A DNA stretch of 64,000 nt from an uncultured Eubacteriales bacterium (GTDB lineage: Bacteria > Bacillota > Clostridia > Oscillospirales > Oscillospiraceae), in the NCBI GenBank assembly GCA_900546485.1, contig URDK01000004.1, forward strand, positions 4,589 through 68,588, read 5' to 3'. The translations under genes and the position numbers were made by a program. This document shows positions 57,661-64,000 of this stretch, piece by piece; positions within the stretch are counted from its first letter, which is position 1; the number at the start of each line of letters is the position of its first letter. Under the pieces are notes generated by a model. It did not search any database. It was not told the DNA's origin and was given only the letters and a program-made list of their open reading frames with translations.

Positions 57661-59145
57661 TTACTCTCCTATTGCGCTCTTTACTATATTCACCTGGGTA
57701 ATCTCATCGCCCTCATATTCAGCGACCAGTTTGCCCTCGTGCACAACATATACTCTGTCAGCTATGCCGAGCAGCTCCGGCAGCTCCGCTGCCACATACA
57801 GCACCCCGCACCCAGCCTTGCACAGCGCTTCGATGTCCTTGTAGATCTCAACTTTTGCGCCTACGTCAATGCCTTTTGTCGGATCATTGAGCATAAATAC
57901 CTTGGGCCTTGTGGCAACCCATTTCGAGATGACAATCTTCTGCTGGTTTCCGCCGGAAAGCGAGGATGCCGGAGTATAGGGCGAAGGGGTTTTTATCCGG
58001 TAGTTACTTATCCATTTCAGCGCTGTTTCCCTTTCGCGCTTCAGGTCAATAAACAGGCCTCTTACAAAGTCCTTAAGAGTCACAATGGTCAGGTTGCTGA
58101 GCACCGAGTGACCGAGCATCAGACCTTCGCGTTTTCTCTCCGCGGGAACATAGGCCAGTCCGGCCTTTTTGGCGTCCATTGGCTGGTGGATTTCTGTTTT
58201 CTGTCCCTGTACGTAGAACTCACCTTTACGGTATTTACGGACGCCGAACGCACACTGGATTATCTCCGAGCAACCAGAGCCCATAAGTCCGTACAATCCA
58301 ACAATCTCATGGCGGCGAACGTTCAGAGAAATATCGTGCAGGAAACCGTCATCCAGACCTTTGATCTCAAACACGACGTCGCCGAGCTCACGTTTGGACA
58401 CTGGATACATATCCTTCAACTCGCGCCCACACATGCTGTTGATTATGGCATCTTTAGTTGTGTCCTTTATTCCACCTTCGTAGACACTTTCGCCATTTCG
58501 CAGGACCTGTACGCGGTCAGCTATGGCAAACACCTCATCAAGCTTGTGTGAGATATAGATGATACCCTTGCCCTCGGACTTTAGCTTGCGGATTATATCC
58601 ATGAGCTTGTCCGTTTCTTCCTGGTTAAGAGCGGATGTGGGCTCATCCATTATGATAACTTTAAGTTCCTTGGAGTAGGCTCTGCCTATCTCAACAAGCT
58701 GCTGCTCTGCGGTAGACAGCTGACCCAACAAGGTGGAGGGGCGAAGATGCCCCAATCCAACCTGTTCCTGAATGTTCATGCTGTCGGCGTACAGCTTCTT
58801 GTAATCTATCAATCCACCGTGAGTTGGCTGAGAACCGAGAAATATATTTTCGGCAATTGAAAGCCCTTTAACATTGGTCAACTCTTGGTATATTGCCGTT
58901 ATACCCAGAGCCAGAGCCCTTGAGGGAATCATTTTGCCTTCATCTTTTTCTTCAAAAAGTATCTGGCCCTCGTCCTGCTGATAAGCACCGGACATTATCT
59001 TGATAAGCGTGGACTTACCTGCCCCGTTCTCTCCAACTACGGCAAGAACTTCGCCACTGTTCACTTTCAAGCTGACGTTGTTCAGTGCTATAACACCAGG
59101 GAACCGCTTGGTAATTCCCTTCATTTCAAGCAGGGTATTGCTCAA
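57661..59145 (-). CDS. Sugar ABC transporter ATP-binding protein with duplicated ATPase domains (RbsA-like)
   Basis: Two Walker A motifs (GENGAGKST and a degenerate second one) plus LSGGNQQK. Confidence 0.85.
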   Translation of the reverse strand: MSNTLLEMKGITKRFPGVIALNNVSLKVNSGEVLAVVGENGAGKSTLIKIMSGAYQQDEGQILFEEKDEGKMIPSRALALGITAIYQELTNVKGLSIAENIFLGSQPTHGGLIDYKKLYADSMNIQEQVGLGHLRPSTLLGQLSTAEQQLVEIGRAYSKELKVIIMDEPTSALNQEETDKLMDIIRKLKSEGKGIIYISHKLDEVFAIADRVQVLRNGESVYEGGIKDTTKDAIINSMCGRELKDMYPVSKRELGDVVFEIKGLDDGFLHDISLNVRRHEIVGLYGLMGSGCSEIIQCAFGVRKYRKGEFYVQGQKTEIHQPMDAKKAGLAYVPAERKREGLMLGHSVLSNLTIVTLKDFVRGLFIDLKRERETALKWISNYRIKTPSPYTPASSLSGGNQQKIVISKWVATRPKVFMLNDPTKGIDVGAKVEIYKDIEALCKAGCGVLYVAAELPELLGIADRVYVVHEGKLVAEYEGDEITQVNIVKSAIGE

Positions 59146-59207
59146 TTTTGCAACACCTCCAAATTCGCTGTTACCTGCATGGAAAAGTTGGTACTCCTTA
59201 TACCTTG

Positions 59208-60236
59208 TTATTCGGCGGGGTAGTAATCATACACGTTGGCAGCGGTAACCATAACGCCGCTGTGCTCCGTGAAGGCTTCAGGGTTTTCACCGTTCATGAT
59301 GGCGTTAACCTTATCAAGCAGCTTGTAGCCGTAAGTGGAAGTCTGAAGGTCAATAGAGCCGTACCAAGTGCTGTACTCACCGGAGTCTGCATACTGCTTG
59401 ATGTGATTGAGGAAGGTCTCAGTGCAGTCGCAGGAGAGCAGCATGACGTTCTCAGAAGCTCCAGCGTCAGCGACAGCATTGACTATTACAGGGGCAAAGG
59501 TGTCGGTGCAAGTGATGTAAAGAATGTTCTTAGCGTCGGGATGAGAGGTAAGGACACTGGCGGTATTGGCTCCGATGGTGCTGGTGTCAAGGCCGGTGTC
59601 AATCTTGACCCACTCAACGTCTGCAAGATACTCATATCCGGGAGTAGCCATAAGCGTTTCAACAGCCTTGTCGGTGCGAGAGGCCATTGCGGGGACAGCA
59701 TTGTAAGCGTTGGCAGTGATGATAAGATCAATCTTGCCGCCCCACTCCTCGGTAACGGCCTCAGCTGCAAAGTTTCCAAAGAACTCACCGAGACCGTCAT
59801 TAGAAGTGCCGTAGCTGTATGCACCCTCAACCGGGCAATTAAAGGCAACCGCCATAAAGGGCATGCCGGATTCAACAGCTTCCTCAGCATACGCATTGGC
59901 CACTTCTTCAATGGAATAGCCGTCAACGATGATATCTACGTCCTGAGCTATGAGAGAATCATAGGCGGAGCGCATACCGGCGCTATCCTTAGCAATCTGA
60001 TAGACCATTTCAACGCCCTGCTCCTCACAAGCAGCAGTAAAGCTCTCAAGGACCTCTTTCCAGAAGCCGTCGGAAGGATCGGAAGTTATGTATCCAATTT
60101 TGTAGCTCGAGGTGTTCTCGCCGTCAGTTGCGGGGGCGTCGCTTGCCTGTGCATCTGCGGGCTCTGAACCACAGCCGGACAATACTAGGCAAAAGAGCAT
60201 AACGATAGCCAGCAGCATAGACAGTTTCTTTTTCAT
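59208..60236 (-). CDS. Sugar ABC transporter substrate-binding lipoprotein (RbsB-like, PBP type I)
   Basis: Lipobox LSGCGS. 342 aa. Confidence 0.8.
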   Translation of the reverse strand: MKKKLSMLLAIVMLFCLVLSGCGSEPADAQASDAPATDGENTSSYKIGYITSDPSDGFWKEVLESFTAACEEQGVEMVYQIAKDSAGMRSAYDSLIAQDVDIIVDGYSIEEVANAYAEEAVESGMPFMAVAFNCPVEGAYSYGTSNDGLGEFFGNFAAEAVTEEWGGKIDLIITANAYNAVPAMASRTDKAVETLMATPGYEYLADVEWVKIDTGLDTSTIGANTASVLTSHPDAKNILYITCTDTFAPVIVNAVADAGASENVMLLSCDCTETFLNHIKQYADSGEYSTWYGSIDLQTSTYGYKLLDKVNAIMNGENPEAFTEHSGVMVTAANVYDYYPAE

Positions 60237-60510
60237 TTGTTTCTCCTCCTGTTTAAATTAATTCTTCTACTCATTTAAATTTAATGAGCTTATGCGACAC
60301 ATTAATAGCTTTCACAATTTTGCAATTTGCATCAATATCGATTACTTACTGATGACATGATAACCGAGAATTTTGCAATTATCAACATTATTTTGCGTTT
60401 TCTTGCGCTTACTTTGCAATTTTGTGACTTTAAACAGATTTAGGTTCAAATTTTCTCCCTAAAGAAACAGATAACTGTTAATTATTGTTATTTCAAAGTG
60501 AAGATTAATT

Positions 60511-60544
60511 AAAAAAGCAGGCCGTGAACAAGCACGGCCTGCTT
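60511..60544 (-). terminator. Rho-independent terminator after the DeoR gene
   Basis: agcaggccgtg-aacaagc-acggcctgct preceded on the plus strand by an A6 tract. Confidence 0.7.
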
Positions 60545-60565
60545 TCAGATAAGCTGTATACAAAT

Positions 60566-61324
60566 TTATACTACGTCAAAATTGTCAGGGACATTGACCA
60601 ACTTCGGGCACTTATCACAAATTACCCGTTCAAAATTGTTTAGCGTATCCAACTTACAGAAACTACGGCGATTTAACTTTCCGGAGTCTAAAAGAAGGTA
60701 ACAATGATCTCCATTTTGCCTGGCCAAATTTTTAATGGCAAGCGTATCAAGTTCATTTGTGTATGCCAAGCCCTCATTAAGATCGGCACAAGTACAACTA
60801 ATAAATACCCGATCGAAGTGAAACTGTTCCAACATCTGCTGAGTAAGAGTACCCACGCTCATGGCATAATGCGTGAGGTATGTGCCCCCTATCAGAACAA
60901 TGTCAGCTACAGGATTGTTCATCGATCGAACAAACAGCTCACTGTGTGTGACAATCTTCACATTACGCTTTTCCAGGAACTTTGCCAGCGCGGCAGCGCT
61001 GGTACCGCCGTCAACAAATATACATTCTCCATCTTGAATATACTCATTGGCTTTTTGGGCCACGCGGAGTTTTCCCTCAAAATTGAGAGACTTTTTGGCG
61101 CGCATGGTCAGCTCTGCGTCATTACTGGATTCGTCGGCTTTTTCGTTCAACTTGGCCCCGCCGGTAACTCTTTTGAGCTTGCCTTCATTTTCAAGCTTTT
61201 CAAAATCTCTTCTGACTGTTGCCTCGGAGATGCCAAGTTCTTTTGCGACGTCCTTTAGGTTAATTATACCTTTCTCATTGAGTTGAGAAATAATATATCT
61301 TGTTCTTTCTGAAGCAAGCACCAT
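60566..61324 (-). CDS. DeoR/GlpR-family transcriptional regulator
   Basis: N-terminal HTH (INLKDVAKELGISEATVRRD) and a C-terminal sugar-phosphate-sensor domain. Confidence 0.85.
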   Translation of the reverse strand: MVLASERTRYIISQLNEKGIINLKDVAKELGISEATVRRDFEKLENEGKLKRVTGGAKLNEKADESSNDAELTMRAKKSLNFEGKLRVAQKANEYIQDGECIFVDGGTSAAALAKFLEKRNVKIVTHSELFVRSMNNPVADIVLIGGTYLTHYAMSVGTLTQQMLEQFHFDRVFISCTCADLNEGLAYTNELDTLAIKNLARQNGDHCYLLLDSGKLNRRSFCKLDTLNNFERVICDKCPKLVNVPDNFDVV

Positions 61325-61400
61325 GTGCTCCCCCTCACATTTTGAGTACTTCTATAATTTAGATACTACTACGTATTTTGCCAAATGTCCACAGAAAATG

Positions 61401-62249
61401 TCAAGTTTTAATTGGATTAAGCGCAAAATACTCATAAAACAGCTTCAGCAGAGCGGGCTTGTTGCAGTCCCACTCAATGTTGAAGCGCGAAGCAGGTACA
61501 ACGACCATCCAACCGCCGCAAGCGGCACGAAGATCATCCACACTCATGTCGCAGAGCTTGGCGTACTCGCTCTCATAAGCTCTAACAAAACGCTTAATAC
61601 TGCCGCGAGCGCTTTGCATTCTTTCCGCACGCTCGGGATCGACCTTCCCCGGCTCGATATTTCCTCCGAAGTCAAACATTTGGATTGTGCGCGCAACGTC
61701 AGCAAATGGATCTCCCGCGCTGGCATCACTCCAGTCAATGGTGAAAATACCGCGTTCATTATAAATCAGATTGCCAGGATGATAGTCGTTGTGGCAGAGA
61801 CTGTTTCCGTCCGGAAGTTTTTCAAGAAGACGCAGCATCCTGTTGGTGAGATCTGAGCCAAGGTTGTATTCTGAAAGCCGCAGCAGCCGCTCATACCTCA
61901 CTTTGCTGTCCTCAAGTCCATCCACTGGACAGCTATGCATATCAAAGTGAACCTTTGCAAATCCCACAGCCAGCTCTTCAGGAGAAGCTTCACCTGTAAC
62001 GAGAAGCTTCATCATGCTCTCTCCTTTTATGTATTCCTGGAGCATGGCACGTTTACCTTCATGGTTGTTCAGATATCCCCTGTATTCAGGCACAAGAATA
62101 CCACAGCTCTGAACGGTCTGGGTGCAGAGGATTTCTCTTTCTATATCTGCCTGAGGTACATAGTCTCTGTATATCTTGATGATGTTATCGGCGCCATATA
62201 ACTCTACATCAGCCGTGAACCCTGTTGTGTTGCGCTCATTATTTTCCAT
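61401..62249 (-). CDS. APH-fold small-molecule phosphotransferase (aminoglycoside/sugar-kinase family)
   Basis: Brenner motif CHNDYHPGNLI and IDWSDASAGDP. The second ATG was chosen as the start. Confidence 0.65.
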   Translation of the reverse strand: MENNERNTTGFTADVELYGADNIIKIYRDYVPQADIEREILCTQTVQSCGILVPEYRGYLNNHEGKRAMLQEYIKGESMMKLLVTGEASPEELAVGFAKVHFDMHSCPVDGLEDSKVRYERLLRLSEYNLGSDLTNRMLRLLEKLPDGNSLCHNDYHPGNLIYNERGIFTIDWSDASAGDPFADVARTIQMFDFGGNIEPGKVDPERAERMQSARGSIKRFVRAYESEYAKLCDMSVDDLRAACGGWMVVVPASRFNIEWDCNKPALLKLFYEYFALNPIKT

Positions 62250-62267
62250 GTGCACATCCCTTTCAGT

Positions 62268-62290
62268 ATATTGCAACATTCTGCAAATAT
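62268..62290. repeat. Near-palindromic motif ATATTGCAACATTCTGCAAATAT next to the recombinase gene, related to the cotJC palindrome
   Basis: Read directly. It shares TATTGCA...CTGCAA(A)TA with the 48391-48412 site. Confidence 0.4.
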
Positions 62291-64000
62291 TCTATATCAA
62301 TTTTGAAAATCCGTCAAGTATTTGCACGTGAGCAAACTAATTTTGCTGACGAAAATTGAATACAATTAAGTAAGACTATTGTTGGGGGGATGAGCTTGCA
62401 AAAACGTATGGCCGCTGCGTACATAAGAGTATCGACTGAGGAGCAGGCCGAACTTTCACCTGAAAGCCAAATAGAAGAAATACGACGTTATGCGGAGCGC
62501 GAAAACATTGAACTTCTTGATGAGTATATCTATATAGACTCAGGGATATCTGGGAAAAAAGCCGGCAATCGGCCGGAATTTATGCGCATGATATCAGTTG
62601 CCAAGAGCGCTGGCTGTCCATTTTCAGTGATACTATTATGGAAGTATTCGCGATTTGCGCGCAATCAAGAAGAGAGTGTGTTCTACAAATCTATACTTCG
62701 TTCAAGATGCAGCATAGATGTCATAAGTGTTACTGAACCGCTCATAGACGGTCCTTTTGGAAGCCTGATTGAGCGGATAATTGAATGGATGGATGAGTTC
62801 TACTCAATTCGCCTTAGTCAGGAAGTTAAACGCAGCATGAAGGTTAATGCTGAGCGCGGCAAGCTTCAATGCCCGGCCGCATATGGGTATAAAGCCATTA
62901 ATGGAGAACTGATTCCAAATGAACTTGAGGCTGAATTTGTGAGGCTAATTTTCAGCAGGTTTAACTCTGGAAAGGGCACATATAACATCGCACGGGAACT
63001 TAATGCTGCCGGGGCAAGGACGCATAGAGGAAATCGATTTGAAAGCCGTACTGTTGAGTACATATTGAGAAACCCGGTTTATATCGGCCGCCTTCGCTGG
63101 AATCCATACGGACATACGGGTAGAGATTTTTCAAAGCCGGGCTTAATAATCTCAGAATCCGGTCATGAGCCTATCATAAGCATAGCAGACTTTGATGCGG
63201 CTCAAGTGCGGTTAAATAGTAAAGATTCATCAGGCCCTCACTCTTTGAGTCAAAAAGGTGAATTAAAGAGTTGGGCATCAGGACTAATACGATGCGCAAG
63301 CTGTGGAGCTAGGCTGGTATTCTCCAAGCCCGACTATTTCAGATGCAGCAATTACATAAGGGGTCGTTGTCCAAGCTCTCAGCATATCAGAGCCAATCTA
63401 TTGGAAGGAGCGCTTTTATCTCTGCTTATGTCCGATTCCAGCGGCTCGGCTCCCCTGCTGTTCAATCTGGTTGAGCGCAAGGAACATATGGGAGAAGAAC
63501 AGTCCCTGCTTGAGGCCTCCCTGCGAGCTGCAACCTCAAGGCGACGGCGTCTGCGCGACATATACCTGGAAGGAGAAATAGAAATTGAAGAGTTTTCCCG
63601 GCTTAATCGTCAGTTTGATACCGAGATTAAACAGACGCTTGCTAAGATGAATGCACTTCGTTCACAAAAAAGAGAGCCTGATTGGCAGAATTACCTGCAG
63701 AAGTTGGCTTTATCCACTCAATTAAGCTTTGAGCCAGACTTGTATGACATTAAGACACTTAATCAAGCCGTTCAAGCGGTTATTGAGGAATGTGTTTTTG
63801 ACAAAAAGGATATGACTTTGGTGATTATGTATCGTCTTGACTTATAGCCTACAATTGCAACCTTATGCCATAAGGCGGACCGGATGGTGAGCTGGGAGCA
63901 TCTATTCGGTATTTGAGCCAGAGGTATGCTATGCCCAGCCCCGAGCTCAAGGGGCTTCTGACGGATATCGGTACCGAGGAACTGGGACACCTCGAGATGA
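62280..64000 (+). mobile_element. Left end of an integrated or intervening element (low-GC, serine-recombinase-bearing) that continues beyond the window
   Basis: Marked drop in GC by eye from about 61.9 kb onward. A recombinase gene lies at the boundary. Confidence 0.5.
62390..63847 (+). CDS. Large serine recombinase (resolvase/invertase N-domain, recombinase domain and zinc ribbon)
   Basis: YIRVSTEEQ catalytic serine region and a C-terminal CASCGARL...C ribbon. 485 aa. Confidence 0.85.
   Translation: MSLQKRMAAAYIRVSTEEQAELSPESQIEEIRRYAERENIELLDEYIYIDSGISGKKAGNRPEFMRMISVAKSAGCPFSVILLWKYSRFARNQEESVFYKSILRSRCSIDVISVTEPLIDGPFGSLIERIIEWMDEFYSIRLSQEVKRSMKVNAERGKLQCPAAYGYKAINGELIPNELEAEFVRLIFSRFNSGKGTYNIARELNAAGARTHRGNRFESRTVEYILRNPVYIGRLRWNPYGHTGRDFSKPGLIISESGHEPIISIADFDAAQVRLNSKDSSGPHSLSQKGELKSWASGLIRCASCGARLVFSKPDYFRCSNYIRGRCPSSQHIRANLLEGALLSLLMSDSSGSAPLLFNLVERKEHMGEEQSLLEASLRAATSRRRRLRDIYLEGEIEIEEFSRLNRQFDTEIKQTLAKMNALRSQKREPDWQNYLQKLALSTQLSFEPDLYDIKTLNQAVQAVIEECVFDKKDMTLVIMYRLDL

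Noticed and set aside
62268-62290. Interpreting the 62.27-kb motif as the right end (attR) of a self-contained 13.9-kb element
   Set aside because: The sequence following it does not encode the missing CotJC C-terminus. The recombinase and the AT-rich DNA lie outside that interval. If there is an element, it must extend beyond the window. The motif is kept only as a related-site observation.
1-64000. CRISPR arrays, rRNA and tRNA genes
   Set aside because: No regularly spaced direct repeats, no rRNA-like conserved stretches and no cloverleaf-like tRNA candidates were noticed on reading. A tRNAscan or CRISPR-finder run would be needed to exclude small ones formally.
63850-64000. Short ORF fragment at the extreme right edge
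   Set aside because: Too short and truncated by the window end to call.

Overview
This 64 kb window is chromosomal DNA from a high-GC, spore-forming Firmicute, most likely Clostridia (Oscillospiraceae/Ruminococcaceae-like) judging by gene content. It carries spoIIM, spoIVA, cwlD, sigH and a cotJ locus. Nearly all long ORFs in non-coding frames are GC-driven artefacts, and I found no rRNA, tRNA or CRISPR. In the 1-17.5 kb segment the housekeeping genes are a flavodoxin, a DtxR-family regulator, tgt-yajC, spoIIM-xerD, a HAD hydrolase, ruvCAB, sigH, a zf-trcl zinc-ribbon protein, a DUF1858 protein, trmK, a Nif3-family protein, an OmpR/HK two-component pair, a MATE exporter and spoIVA. In the 23.8-27.1 kb segment they are aspartate aminotransferase, cwlD and radA, and in the 45.4-47.7 kb segment fba and a PFK. 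Several accessory or unusual loci sit among them. (1) A complete vanG/vanC-type D-Ala-D-Ser glycopeptide-resistance-like operon, vanR-vanS-ligase-vanXY-vanT, lies on the minus strand at 17.8-23.7 kb. (2) A peptidoglycan/MurNAc recycling locus (anmK, a serine hydrolase, murQ, nagZ, a sugar ABC importer, murR and an L-Ala-D/L-Glu epimerase) spans 27.8-38.7 kb. (3) A second tyrosine recombinase is followed by a DUF4358 lipoprotein, an MBOAT protein and a DHHW protein, a PatA/PatB-like surface-polymer O-acylation triad. (4) A P1B-type ATPase homologue has lost all the phosphorylation and Mg-binding motifs, so it is probably a pseudo-ATPase. (5) The cotJ locus has cotJA and cotJB fused, and cotJC is cut off after 38 codons exactly at a perfect 22-bp palindrome. 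(6) Directly after that palindrome lies a ~14 kb minus-strand catabolic island. It carries a DeoR regulator, a ribose-type ABC importer, a DeoC-like aldolase, a xylose-isomerase-fold enzyme, three Gfo/Idh/MocA oxidoreductases, a GH1 beta-glucosidase, an ABM protein, a G1PDH-like dehydrogenase and an APH-fold kinase. (7) The window ends in a lower-GC segment that begins with a large serine recombinase gene, so a mobile or intervening element runs off the right edge. A related near-palindromic motif sits next to the recombinase. That raises the possibility that the island plus recombinase element is a sporulation-gene intervening element inserted in cotJC. Coordinates of motifs read by eye may be off by 1-2 nt.
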